Assembly (NCBI GenBank): GCA_965203465.1
Contig: CBDBCR010000003.1
Span: 192,001-256,000 of the forward strand
DNA length: 64,000 bases
Reading direction: 5' to 3'
Source of the DNA: Nitrosopumilaceae archaeon
GTDB taxonomy: Archaea > Thermoproteota > Nitrososphaeria > Nitrososphaerales > Nitrosopumilaceae
Shown: positions 39,953 through 50,940 of the stretch, piece after piece
Position numbering within the stretch: the stretch's first letter is position 1
Layout of the letters: every line of letters begins with the position of its first letter
Program-made: the position numbers and the translations under genes
The notes under the pieces: model-generated
Told to the model about the DNA's origin: nothing
What the model saw: only the letters and a program-made list of their open reading frames with translations
Database searches by the model: none

Positions 39953-40737
39953 CTGCCCGACCTCCTCTTGCGCCTCTGGAACGTCCGGATGGCGCGCATC
40001 AGGTCTATCTTGCGGAACTCGGGCCAGAATATGTCCATGAAGACCAGCTCGCTGTAGGCGCTCTGCCACATGAGGAAGCCGCTCAGGCGCTTCTCGCCCG
40101 ACGTGCGCAGTATCATGTCCGGCTCGGACTGGGGCAGGTGGGACGTGTACAGGTTCTCTTCGATGTCGCGCTTGCTTATCGATTCGACCTCCAGCGAGCC
40201 GTCCTTTATGCGGGCGCCTATCTTGCGCACCGCGTCGACCAGCTCGTTCTGCCCCCCGTAGGCCAAGGCGATGTTGAGGAAGCGCCGCTCGTAGCTGCGC
40301 GTGGCGGAGTCCAGCTTTTCGAGCATCTCGCGTATGCTGGCCGGCAGCAGGTCGGTCCTGCCTATCCCCTTGACGCGCATCCTGTTGCGGTGTATGCGCG
40401 GATCGCGGTACAGCTTTTCCAGCCTGCGCAGTATCAGCTCGAACAGGCCGTCCAGCTCCGAATCCGGCCGCTCGAGGTTCTCGGCAGAGAGCGCGTACAG
40501 CGTCACTATGCGTATGTCCAGCTCTTCGCACCAGTCCAGCAGGTTCTCGACCGCGTCGGCCCCGCGGCCGTGGCCGTCGGCCCCCCCCAGGTTGCGGCGC
40601 GCCCACCGCCGGTTGCCGTCCAGTATCAGCGCCATGTGGTTGGGCATGTCGCCCCTGCGCACGTCCCTCTCCAGCTTGCCCGAGTACAGCCGGTACAGCC
40701 CCGAGGCTCCCAGTATGACCTCCTTGGCCCTCCCCAT
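39949..40737 (-). CDS. uppS: cis-polyprenyl diphosphate synthase
   Basis: ILDGNRRWA, YALSAEN, YGGQNE, RTSGEKRLSGF, WPEF. Confidence 0.95.
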   Translation of the reverse strand: MGRAKEVILGASGLYRLYSGKLERDVRRGDMPNHMALILDGNRRWARRNLGGADGHGRGADAVENLLDWCEELDIRIVTLYALSAENLERPDSELDGLFELILRRLEKLYRDPRIHRNRMRVKGIGRTDLLPASIREMLEKLDSATRSYERRFLNIALAYGGQNELVDAVRKIGARIKDGSLEVESISKRDIEENLYTSHLPQSEPDMILRTSGEKRLSGFLMWQSAYSELVFMDIFWPEFRKIDLMRAIRTFQRRKRRSGR

Positions 40738-40823
40738 GGCCCGGCGCCCGGGCCCGTCTACAAATATTGCTATCGGTGCCCACCTGAAGCATTATAACGG
40801 CTCGGCGGCCCCCGCGCGCCGGA

Positions 40824-41771
40824 TTGAGGACAGTTCTTGCCGCCCTGCTGCTAGCAGCGCTGCCGGCCGCCTGGGCGCTCGAAGCTTCGACGGACAACCA
40901 AGTGTACTCGGACGGCAGGCCGCTGTTCGTGTACGGGACCGCGCCGGCCGGCGAGGACGTCATAGTCAGGCTCGTCTCGCCTGACCGGACCATACCAAAG
41001 TTCGACCAGGTGCGCGCCGGCACCGACGGCGAGTTCTGGCACGCGTTCATGACCTGGCCTGCCTCCTCGGTGGAGCTGCCCTACGGCACCTACACGGTCG
41101 AGGTGATATCGTCCGACGGGGAATCGGTGGCCATACCGGTGACGTTCTCGCAGACCACCGAGCTCGAAGAGGCGCCGGTCGTGCGGCGCGTCAACACGCT
41201 GGTGTACGCGCCCGAGACCGGCGCTGCCGGCGCGCCCATGCGCATATTCGTCCAGGTGACCAGCGACGGGCTGCTCGTCGGCCAGAACGATCCGGGCGCG
41301 CTGCTGCGCACCTCGCACGTGCACCTGCCCGGCGGCCAGGCCGTCGACATGTCCGGCTCCTTCCAGACCCTGCACAGCGGCCTGTACTACGCCGACTACA
41401 CGCCCGAATCGGTGGGCACGTACGTCTTTCACGTGGTCTCGTTCCACCAGGGCAGCGTCTCGCACGGCTCGGCCGCCGCGACGGTCCTCTCGGAGGACAT
41501 CGGCGGCATATCGGAGGGCATATCCGACCTCAACAGCGTGCTGCACGAGACGTCCCAGGAGCTGCGCACGCTGAAGTCGGACGTGGCCGAGTTCGACGCG
41601 ACGCTGAAGGGGGCCAGCTCCAACATCGAGGCCGGCGTGGGCTCCATATCCGAATCCGTGCTGACCACGGCCGAGGCCTCCTCGCAGCTCAACTCGCTGC
41701 TGATACCCGTCGTCACGTCCATCGGGATCATAGTGGCGCTGCAGGTGGCCATACTGGCGAGGCGCAGGTAG
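40824..41771 (+). CDS. Secreted, C-terminally anchored hypothetical protein
   Basis: Signal peptide, beta-rich domains, coiled segment, TM + RRR tail. Confidence 0.75.
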   Translation: MRTVLAALLLAALPAAWALEASTDNQVYSDGRPLFVYGTAPAGEDVIVRLVSPDRTIPKFDQVRAGTDGEFWHAFMTWPASSVELPYGTYTVEVISSDGESVAIPVTFSQTTELEEAPVVRRVNTLVYAPETGAAGAPMRIFVQVTSDGLLVGQNDPGALLRTSHVHLPGGQAVDMSGSFQTLHSGLYYADYTPESVGTYVFHVVSFHQGSVSHGSAAATVLSEDIGGISEGISDLNSVLHETSQELRTLKSDVAEFDATLKGASSNIEAGVGSISESVLTTAEASSQLNSLLIPVVTSIGIIVALQVAILARRR

Positions 41772-44700
41772 ATGCGGTGGGCGCGCGCGGCGGTCCTGCT
41801 CGCGGCCGCCCCCGCCCTGGCGTGGGGCCTCGGCGCCGACATGGCGCCGGCAGGCGAGGGGCCCGGGATCGAGTTCGAATCGTCCATAGCCCAGATCCCC
41901 GCCTCGGCCTCGGGGCAGCACGCCGCGCGGGTGCTCGTCTTCGGCTCCGGCGCGCCCCCCCAGCTGCCCGGCGTCTCGGTGTACTCGCCCCACGGGTTCT
42001 TTTCGGTGGCCACCGTACCGCACGGCTCGATCCCGGCGCTGAAGGCCCGCGGCCACGCGGTCATGGCAGACTTTATGGTGGAGCTGGACGGGGGCTACTC
42101 TCTGGGGCCGGCCGCGCAGGCAGGGCAGAGCAGCTCCACGTACACCGGAAAGGGCTCCACGGTGGCCATAGTGGACACCGGCGTGGACTTTTCCAACCCC
42201 GACCTGCGCGGCTCGCTTGCGCGCGACGCGCGCGGCCACCCCGTCATGCTCGACGCCGACGGGCAGGGCATCGTGATAACCAACGCCACGTTCTACGCCC
42301 ACATCGACGGCGACGGGATACTGCGCAACTATCCTGGGCCCCTGCCGGAGAACGCCACTGCGTCGGTGTACAGGAACCCGGACGGCGTGTTCCTGGACAT
42401 AGAGCGCGGCGGCGAGGGCACCACCATCTGGGTGTACAACTCTTTCTACCCGCAGGCAGGCGAGGAGCCCGTCTTCGAGGCGGTGCTAAACAACGACATG
42501 AAGATAGGCGAGAGCCACCGCGACTACATCAGGTCGCTGAGCGGGGTGTACCACCTGGGCGTGGCCTACCAGGGCGCGCTGTCGGGGAGCCTGGCCAGCC
42601 TGCAGCTGGTCCCCCTGCTGGTGACCGACCCCAACGTGGAGGGAGTCTACGACACGGTCACGGCCGACCTGTCGACCTCGTGGGGCGACTATACGGATTC
42701 GGACGAGCTTGACTTTGACTTTACCGACGAGCGCCCCGCGATACTGGGCAGCGGCAACGAGTTCCTGGTGTACGATTCGGACGGCGACGGGCGCGACGAC
42801 TACAGCGCCGGGGCCGTCGGCGCGCGCGTGCTCGACGTGTACGCGGCGGTGCAGCGCAACGCCACGGCGCGCGTGCACGACGCGGCCAACGCGGTCAACG
42901 GCACGCTGCTGCCCCCCATAGACCCCGAGGGCAACTTTGTGGGGCTGATGACCGACTTTGACGGGCACGGGACGGCCAGCGCCGGCACCGTGGCCTCGGC
43001 GGCCCAGTCGTCCTACGACGTGTACGGCAACGGCACAGAGTACTCGGTGCGCGGCTCGGCGCCGGGCGCCTCGATACTGCCCGTAAAGTCGATATGGTTC
43101 GGCGACACGGTGTACGCGTGGCTCTGGGCGGCCGGCTTCGACAACGAGGGGACCGAGTGGGTGTTTTCGGGCAGGCCGCGCGCCGACGTCGTCTCGAACA
43201 GCTGGGGCCTGTCCAACTTTCCGGACCTCGGAGCTCCCCCGGGCCTCGACGTGCTCTCGCTGGCGATGGCGGCTCTGTCCGCGCCCGGCTCGCTCGACGA
43301 CGACTATCCGGGGGTGCTGATGGTCTCGAGCGCGGGCAACTCGGGGCCCGGCTACGGCACCCTGGGCGCCCCCAACGCCTCGCCGCTGGGCCTGACCGTC
43401 GGCGCGTCGACGACCAACGCGTACGTGGGGTACGGCCCGTTCAAGGACCAGCCGCGCTTCGGCAACTCGACCGAGCACGGCGGCCACCTGGCCGACTTTT
43501 CGTCGCGCGGCCCCGGCGCGCTGGGCGACCCAAAGCCGGACATCGTGGGGCCCGGCGCGTACTCTTTCGTGCCGTCCAGCGTGCTGCGCGCGGACCCCGA
43601 GGACGAGCCGTTCTCGCTGTACGGCGGCACGAGCATGGCCGCGCCGGCCGTGGCCGGCGCGGCGGCCGTGGTCATGGAGGCCATGCGCGAGGAGGGCCTC
43701 TGAGGCGGATCCGTTCTCGGTAAAGAACATACTCTTGTCCACCGCGCGGGACATGGGCAACGATCCCTACTCGCAGGGCGCCGGGCTGTACGACACCGAT
43801 TCCGCGCTGGGGTACGTCTCGGGGTCGGGCCCGTTCGCCGTGTACAACGACGCCTCGTACGCCAACGTACGCGGGGCCCTCGAGGGCGCCGTCCAAAAGA
43901 CCAACTCGACCGAGCTGCAGCTGGGGCGCTTTTCGCTGCCCCCCCGCGACTTTCCCATGACCTCGTGGTTCGGCGGGCACGTCGAGCCGGGAGGCACGAG
44001 CACCGCCGAATTCACGATATCGAACAGGTCCGCCGAGCCCATACAGGTCGGGGTCTCGGCGGTGCGCCCGCACGTCGTGCAGCAGAGCTCCGCGCATGGG
44101 ACCACCGAGCCGCGCGTCACCGAGCCCGGCTACGAGGCGCCCGAAGACGGCGAAGAGGCGTACGCGCCAAACTACGTGCCGCTCTCCGAGGTGCGCGAGT
44201 ACGCCGAGCTGGGGGCGTTCTACGAGCCCGTCGGCATACCCGACGGCGCCGACATGATGGTGCTCAACGTCAGCTTTGAAATGGACGAGTTCATGCCCGA
44301 GGCCGACGAGTACGCCGACAGGCTGTCCATAGCCTCGGTGTACGTTTACGACTGGCACGACCGCGACGGCGACGCGCGCGTGACCAGCGACGAGCTGGCC
44401 ATGGTCTCGCGCGGCGGCTCGTGGGGGACCGTGCAGGAGCTGCGGCTGAGCGATCCGGCCTCGCTGTTCTCCGGCGTGCCCCTGGTCGGCATATACCCGG
44501 TGCCCGTCGACTTTTCGTACTGGCGGGGCCAGACCGACCAGGACGCCGAGCCCATGGACTACACGCTGACCGCCACCTTTTACGCCGACGCCCCCTGGGA
44601 CGCGGTCTGGACCAGCTCGCGCACGGCCTCGGTGCCGGCCGGCGGGACGGCCACCATAGACGCCTCGATAAAGGTGCCCGAGGGGACGCCCACCGGGGCC

Positions 44701-45263
44701 TACCAGGGGTTCCTTGAGTTCAGCAGCGCCACGTATTCTGCCAGGGCGCCGGTCTCGTACGCGGTCGCCGAGCCGGTCTCGGCCGGCTCGCGGGTGCTGG
44801 TGTCCGGCTCCTCCAGAGCAGCGTGGTGCACGGGCCCGGATACATAAAGGGGGCCTTTGACATGTCGGCGCGGTACATGGCAGGCGACTGGCGCCAGTAC
44901 TATTTCGACGTGCGGGATCCGGGCGTGGAGTCGGCCGTGCTGGACCTGTACTGGGAGGACGAGCGCACGAGCGCCTCGGTCTTCGTTGCCGCGCCGGACG
45001 GGCGCATCGCCTCGACCAGCACGCCGTCGGGGGCGTTCGGGCACTTTATCGGCTGGCCGTCGCTGGACTGGCTCGGCACCACGGGGTTCAGCGAGGGCGG
45101 CGGGTTCTACCCGGTGACCTCGAGGAATTCGACCTCCACGGCGGTGCACGTGCCGGTAAACCAGACCGGCGTCCATTCGGTGCTCGTGCATTCGACGCTG
45201 TTCGGGGGAAGCTCCGTGACCGAGCCGGTCGCCCTCGAGGCGCGGTTCTACGGGCCACGATAG
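41772..45263 (+). pseudogene. Large S8 subtilisin-like protease, two frameshifts (~43701, ~44817)
   Basis: IVDTGVD, GHGT, GTSMAAP triad. Sequence continues EADPFSVKNILLSTARD after an extra T at 43701; second frame change near 44817. Confidence 0.8.
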
Positions 45264-45312
45264 TGCCAAGCCGCGGGGCCAGGTTTAAGGCTCGGATCCG
45301 GGGCGGGGGCGC

Positions 45313-46683
45313 GTGGAGGCCGACGCGGTCGTAGTCGGGGCGGGCGTCTCGGGTCTGTGCACGGCGGCCCTGCTGTGCGGCGAGGGCGCCAGGCCCCGCG
45401 TGGTGGAGGCGTCCGGGCGCGTGGGCGGGCGGACCTCGTCTTCGGAGTTTCGCGGCCACATACTGGACAACGGCTTCCACATCATGCCCTTCTACAAGGC
45501 CTCGGCGCTGTACGGCGTGCTGCGCAGGCTGGGCCTCGAGGGCAGGCTCGAGTTTGCCGGCGTGGACCGCATAGCGTTCTGGTCGGGCGGGCGGTTCTCA
45601 AAGTACCCGCGCGGCATAGGCGACCTGCTCAGGATGGACATGATGCCGCCGGCCAGCCGCCTGCGGCTGCTGCGCGTCATCCTCCCGATGGCCTTTTCGA
45701 GCATGGACGCGGCCGCGCGCCACGACCGCACGCCGCTCTCGTCGGTGACCGGCAGGCTGGACGGGGGCGGCAAAGCTTTCTTCGAGGCCGTCTGCATGCT
45801 GGCCTTTGCCGATATACCCGAGAGGGTGGCGCTGGGCGAGTTCGTGCGGACCATGATCAGGGCCAACCCGTTCCGCGGCGGCACCAGCGAGTTTGCGTAC
45901 CCCGCGCGCGGCGGCTACGACCGCATCTGCGAGGTGCTCGCGCAGTACGTGCGCGAGAGGGGCGGCACCGTCGAGACGGGCGCCAGGGCCAGGCGCGTGG
46001 CCGTAAAGGGCGGCCGGGCCGCCGGCGTAGAGATGCAGGACGGGCGCTTCCTCGAGGGGAGGTGCACCGTCGTCTCGATGCCCGCCTACGACGCGGTCAG
46101 GGAGCTGTTCGAGCCCGGCGATCTGGGCATCGCCTTTGCCGAAAGGGCAGAAGAGCTCGACTCGGCCACGGCCGTCGTCGAGACGCACTACTGCACCTCC
46201 GAGCTTCCCGACCGGCGGCAGGTTGTCTTTCCGGTGGGCGCGCAGCGCGCGGCAAAGGGCGTGTTCTTCGTCTCCAACATCGCCCCGGCCGTCTCGCCTC
46301 CCGGCGAGCACCTGCTGATGGCCGGAACGCCCGTCTCGGCCGCCGACGCAAAGAGCAGCTCCGCCATATCCAGGATAAACGCAAAGATGAGGGGCGAGAT
46401 AGCCGAGATATACCCCGGGTTCGAATCGTCGCTCTTGTGGGAGCGGCCGATGGCTTGGAGCAAGGTCGAGGCAGTCTCGAAGGGGCCCGGCATGGTATGG
46501 AAGGACAAGTGCCCGCACGTCTGCCCGGACGTGGACGGCCTGTTCTTCGTGGGCGACTCTACGGTCGGCCACGGCATAGGGACCGATTCGGCCGCGCACA
46601 GTTCGGTGCTGTGCCACCCGAGGATAACGGAGTTTCTGCATGGTTTAAAGGACGCGCCCCCGCACCCGGGCGGGCCGCGATGA
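45313..46683 (+). CDS. FAD-dependent oxidoreductase (phytoene desaturase-like)
   Basis: VVGAGVSGL, EASGRVGGR, LDNGFH, YPARGG, GLFFVGD. Confidence 0.8.
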   Translation: MEADAVVVGAGVSGLCTAALLCGEGARPRVVEASGRVGGRTSSSEFRGHILDNGFHIMPFYKASALYGVLRRLGLEGRLEFAGVDRIAFWSGGRFSKYPRGIGDLLRMDMMPPASRLRLLRVILPMAFSSMDAAARHDRTPLSSVTGRLDGGGKAFFEAVCMLAFADIPERVALGEFVRTMIRANPFRGGTSEFAYPARGGYDRICEVLAQYVRERGGTVETGARARRVAVKGGRAAGVEMQDGRFLEGRCTVVSMPAYDAVRELFEPGDLGIAFAERAEELDSATAVVETHYCTSELPDRRQVVFPVGAQRAAKGVFFVSNIAPAVSPPGEHLLMAGTPVSAADAKSSSAISRINAKMRGEIAEIYPGFESSLLWERPMAWSKVEAVSKGPGMVWKDKCPHVCPDVDGLFFVGDSTVGHGIGTDSAAHSSVLCHPRITEFLHGLKDAPPHPGGPR

Positions 46684-46734
46684 AGAATCAGAGTTATGCC
46701 TGACACGTGATGAAAAGGCATTTGACCGAGCTGC

Positions 46735-47337
46735 CTAAACCACCCGGCGGCGCACCGCCTCGAGTTCCGCCCCGCCGACCAGCCCAGCCGATGCGAGCTC
46801 GGCGGTGATCTTCGAAATGTCCGCAAGGGCGTGCAGCCGCACGCCGCGCTCCCCCATCGACTCTGCGGCGCCCTCTAGGCGGTCGAGCACCACGAAGGCG
46901 TCCTTGACGATCGCGCCCTCTTGGCGCAGCTGCTCGACTGCGCGCACGACCGAGCCGCCCGTCGTGGCCACGTCATCTATCACGACGGCGCGCTCCCCCT
47001 CCCGTATGCGGCCCTCGACGGACTTTGAGGTGCCGTGCCCTTTGGGCGACGAGCGGACGTACACGAGCGGCTTTACGGTCTCGGAGGCCAGCGCCGAGGC
47101 CACCACGAGGCCGCCGGTCGGCACCGAGGCGAGCGGCCCGAACGAGTCCAGGCCGACCGTACCGGACACGAGTTTCTGCATCTGCTTGACCAAGAGCCGA
47201 AACTGCACCGGGTAGCTGGGCACCATCCTCAGGTCCACGTAGTACGGGCTGGGCCTGCCGCTGGAGAGCGTGAATTTTCCGTACCGTATTATGCCCTCTT
47301 TGTGCAGGAACCGGGCGAACTCGGAGGCAAACCCCAC
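46735..47337 (-). CDS. pyrE: Orotate phosphoribosyltransferase
   Basis: FTLSSGRPSPYYVDLR, VVIDDVATTGGS. Confidence 0.92.
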   Translation of the reverse strand: MGFASEFARFLHKEGIIRYGKFTLSSGRPSPYYVDLRMVPSYPVQFRLLVKQMQKLVSGTVGLDSFGPLASVPTGGLVVASALASETVKPLVYVRSSPKGHGTSKSVEGRIREGERAVVIDDVATTGGSVVRAVEQLRQEGAIVKDAFVVLDRLEGAAESMGERGVRLHALADISKITAELASAGLVGGAELEAVRRRVV

Positions 47338-47389
47338 GGCGCGGGCCGGGCGCACTGGATTTATTTTGGTTTGCCTACGCGGCGCCGGC

Positions 47390-48448
47390 ATGCCCGAGAT
47401 ATGGCTGCAGTACGGCAAGACCGATGTGGTCATGGACGTGCGCGCGGAGAACCTGCAGGATACAGTCTCGTCTTCGGGCAAGGCCATGCCCGACGAGGAG
47501 CTGGCCGAGAGGATCTCGTCGATAGACCTGAAAAAAACAGAGATAGCCGCGCTGGACGGCTCTTGGGGGACGCGCCGCGTCCTCTCGGCCATCCTGGCAG
47601 AGTGCGAAAAAAAAGGCCTGCCGCGCCCGCGCATAAGCGCCGATCCGCGCGCCTCGGGCATGCTGGGCGTGCCCGGCGTCGAGGCCCGCGCGGAAAGCCC
47701 GTCCGACGGGCTGCTGTTCGTAGGCGAGGCCGGCATGGACGGCCTGCTCGGCTTTAGCACCGTGGCCACCCGGCTCCTGCGCAGGTTCGGCCAGGAGCAC
47801 ATGCTCTCGGCTTTCGCAAAGCGCGAGGGCAACATGCCCTCGCCCGGAAAAAAGACGCCCGCCATGGAAGAGGCGCGCAGGTTCGCCGACGGCTTCGAGG
47901 TCTCGTGCGTCGAGGTGGTGGCAGGCCCCGGCGGCGTGGTGGACGCGGCAGTCGGCCACCCGTCCAAGACCTTGGAAGTGTGCTCGTCGATGGAGTCAGC
48001 CGCCGTCTCGGACGCCCCGAGGTGCGGCGCGCTGGCAGTCAGCCCAGGTCCCGGCTCGGGCTCGGACGATCTGGCCGGCGCGCTGCAGTCGCTCTGGAAC
48101 TGCCACCCCGGCGCCGCCGAGCGCGGCGTGGTGGTGCTGTTTGCAGAGTCGTCGGGCGGCCTCGGAACCGAGGCGCTGCGCAGGTTCGTCGAGGGGCGCA
48201 TCGACGCGGACCGCATAGCCAGCGCGCCGGCCTACGTCGAGGGCATGGAGGACCTGATGTACCTGTCCGGCGTGCGCGCGCGCGTGCAGGCGTGCCTCGT
48301 CTCGGCGTTGCCCGAGCTGTACGTAAAAAAGCTGGGCATGGTGCCGCTCGGCGGGGCACGGCAGGCGCTGGCCCACGTGCTAAAGTCCAAGGGGGCTAGG
48401 CAGAAGGTGCTTGTTGTAACAGATGGAGCAAGGGTTCTAATGCGGTGA
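47390..48448 (+). CDS. Conserved protein with degenerate LarA (lactate racemase)-like fold
   Basis: MPEIWLQYGKT N-terminus, AESSGGLG, C-terminal VLVVTDG resemble LarA-family ends. Confidence 0.55.
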   Translation: MPEIWLQYGKTDVVMDVRAENLQDTVSSSGKAMPDEELAERISSIDLKKTEIAALDGSWGTRRVLSAILAECEKKGLPRPRISADPRASGMLGVPGVEARAESPSDGLLFVGEAGMDGLLGFSTVATRLLRRFGQEHMLSAFAKREGNMPSPGKKTPAMEEARRFADGFEVSCVEVVAGPGGVVDAAVGHPSKTLEVCSSMESAAVSDAPRCGALAVSPGPGSGSDDLAGALQSLWNCHPGAAERGVVVLFAESSGGLGTEALRRFVEGRIDADRIASAPAYVEGMEDLMYLSGVRARVQACLVSALPELYVKKLGMVPLGGARQALAHVLKSKGARQKVLVVTDGARVLMR

Positions 48449-49529
48449 GCGAATCCGGTATGGGCGCGCACAGCACCGCGCAGGCCATGACGCCGACGTA
48501 CGCGGCCTTGCGCCGCGCCGAGAGCGGCGTGATGTCGTCCATCAGCGTCACGCCGGCGTTGCGCCCGCTCATGAACAGCACGAACAGCGCGACGAACCAA
48601 AAGTTCATCAGCACCAGTATGCCGGCGCTCGCGTAGGTTAGCAGCCGGAGGGCCTTCCTGCCCAGCACCGTCCTTGCCATGTGCCCCCCGTCGAGCTGGC
48701 CTGCCGGCATCAGGTTGGCGAACGTAAGAAAGAACCCCACCCACGCGGCGAACAGCACCGGCGTCATCAGCACCTGCCCCCCGTCGCCCTTGCCGAACAG
48801 GGCCATGCTGGCCTTCATCAGCAGCGGCTCGCCGAACTGCCACTCGCTCAGCTGCTGCGACTCGTAGAGCGTCATGTACGTCTGCTCGTCTATGACCGGC
48901 GCGGCCCACGCGCCGTACAGGCCCACCACGACGGTGACGGCGAGGCCCGCTATCGGGCCGGCTATGGCCACGTCGAATGTCATCTTGCGGTTTATCATCA
49001 GGCCCTTTGCCATGATCAGCGCGCCGAATGTCGGGATCCCGATGACGGGCAGGCCCGGGATAAAGTACGGCCACGTGGTCCTGATGCGGTGGAGGCGCGA
49101 GAGCGCTAGGTGGCCCAGCTCGTGCACGCCCAGAATGCCCAGCAGGCAGGCCGTGTACAGTATCGCCATCTCCAGCGGGTCGCCTATCGGGACGATGGAG
49201 TTGGTGCCCTCGGTGCGGTAGTACCCGTCCACCATGACGAAGCCGACCACGACGGCGAACAGTACCCGCGGCAGCCAGTACGACGAGAGCAGCCTGCCCC
49301 GCCTGCGCTCCTCGAGGCGCCGCGCCACTATGTAGAGGCGGCCGCCCTTTCTTCCTATCTGGCAGGCGACCCCGTCGGTCTCGAGGCGCTGCGCCAGGCC
49401 CTCGAACCTGTCGTGGAATTCGGCGTCCCCGATCCTGAACAGTATCCTGTCGTCGTTCTGGTCTATCTGCTCCACGTCGAACTCGGCAGAGACGGCCCGG
49501 ATTATCTGATCCTCGCTGAGGTGCTCCAC
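48396..49529 (-). CDS. Site-2 protease (M50) family membrane metalloprotease
   Basis: HELGH, IAGPIAG, NLMPAGQLDGGH. Confidence 0.92.
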   Translation of the reverse strand: MEHLSEDQIIRAVSAEFDVEQIDQNDDRILFRIGDAEFHDRFEGLAQRLETDGVACQIGRKGGRLYIVARRLEERRRGRLLSSYWLPRVLFAVVVGFVMVDGYYRTEGTNSIVPIGDPLEMAILYTACLLGILGVHELGHLALSRLHRIRTTWPYFIPGLPVIGIPTFGALIMAKGLMINRKMTFDVAIAGPIAGLAVTVVVGLYGAWAAPVIDEQTYMTLYESQQLSEWQFGEPLLMKASMALFGKGDGGQVLMTPVLFAAWVGFFLTFANLMPAGQLDGGHMARTVLGRKALRLLTYASAGILVLMNFWFVALFVLFMSGRNAGVTLMDDITPLSARRKAAYVGVMACAVLCAPIPDSLTALEPLLHLLQQAPSA

Positions 49530-49902
49530 CGCCGCCCGGCGGCCCCCGCGCTGATTAATTGCTTTCGAGGCGGCGGGATTCGACCCGGCCGAAGGCGCCC
49601 GAGGCGGCGCCAGCTTGCGGGAGCGCCCGTCTGCGGGCGCGCTAGGACGGATCGCCGACTGACCTTGGCGCTACGATGCGGTTGATCGGACGCGCGCGAT
49701 GGGTTGGTAAAACACTGGGTTTGGCCGATCCTCAGCCACAGAGTGGCAGAGATGGCAGGACAACAAGATGCACGAATCGTGTCTTTGATCGTCCTCGTAT
49801 GGACCAAGACATGCCAGAGACAGGACAAGTATGCGCAGTCCCGAACGACCAATCGAGAGCATATGCCAGATAGTATAAAAGGCGCCGCGTCGAGCGCGTT
49901 GT

Positions 49903-50439
49903 GTGAACTCTGGCCCAGACATCTACGCATTGGTCAGTTTGGGCGCATCCGTCGCAACAATCTTGACTGTCGCGGTATCTGCGATCAAGTATTTTAGGAA
50001 CAAAAAAGCAGAAGAAAGCAGAGCGTCAGAGAATCTGTATCTGGAACTTAGAGATGTGCTAGATGGGTTGAATGTCGATAAGTTTCCTGAAAATTTCTGC
50101 GAGGCAGGCATAGATGATTATACAGGCAAAAAGAAAAAGGTGTGTTTTATGGCCAGAACCCTCAACCACGATTTTTACGACAGTCTGATCTACTCTGGAG
50201 GGATCAACTTTCTGGATCCGGCACTCCAGCAACAGGTTCAAGACGCCTTCAAACGAATCAAAACACACAACAAATACGTGGACACCGTGCTAGAGATATC
50301 AGATCATAATAATAGCACCATACCGGTTCGTGCATACAGATATTGTGAATGGATAGAGAATACTGAAAAAATCCTACAAAAAGAGCTTCCAAAAATATTG
50401 AAAAAGTTACAGATCCGCTTTAAGGCGAATCGTCAGTAG
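49903..50439 (+). CDS. AT-rich hypothetical protein with N-terminal membrane anchor
   Basis: 178-aa ORF with TM helix then Lys/Asn-rich domain. TATAAAA ~24 nt upstream. Confidence 0.65.
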   Translation: MNSGPDIYALVSLGASVATILTVAVSAIKYFRNKKAEESRASENLYLELRDVLDGLNVDKFPENFCEAGIDDYTGKKKKVCFMARTLNHDFYDSLIYSGGINFLDPALQQQVQDAFKRIKTHNKYVDTVLEISDHNNSTIPVRAYRYCEWIENTEKILQKELPKILKKLQIRFKANRQ

Positions 50440-50730
50440 ACTTTGGCTTGCCCATTCTTAGCACATTGTGTGCAGTCGAGTTGGTCTGCCGTACGGGCGG
50501 CATTTCTTGGCTTCCGTACAAAGGTCTTTCTTCAGAGTTCCGATCAGTTTTTTCCGGCATGCTTGACGTTATAGCACGATGTATTTAAACATAAGTCGTC
50601 ACAAATGGTCGCCTTTTTAAGCAGGTCTGCCAGATTCCCCCGATCCCGCGGCCGGCCCGTTCCGGCATCGCGCGCGCCCGCCGGCAGGAACCCGGCAAGA
50701 GCCAAATAGCGGAGGGCGCCCACGGCGGGC

Positions 50731-50940
50731 GTGAAGATACTCTGCCCCAAATGCCTCAAATCTGCAGAGCTCGCGCCGGACTTTTCGTCGGTGTGCTGCA
50801 CCGAGTGCGGCCTGGACATGGGGTACGGCGAGTACGTGAGGTACGTGGCCCACAACAACCCAAAGTATTCGGACATACTGGGCGACTATGCGGGCAGCAC
50901 CGAGGGGCAGTCTGCCGGCACGCTGGACGAGTGGGACTGA
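50731..50940 (+). CDS. Small Zn-ribbon protein
   Basis: CPKC...CTECG, 69 aa. Confidence 0.7.
   Translation: MKILCPKCLKSAELAPDFSSVCCTECGLDMGYGEYVRYVAHNNPKYSDILGDYAGSTEGQSAGTLDEWD

Noticed and set aside
43695-43710. TGA as selenocysteine readthrough in the subtilase
   Set aside because: The downstream conserved sequence is in a different frame, so this is a frameshift.
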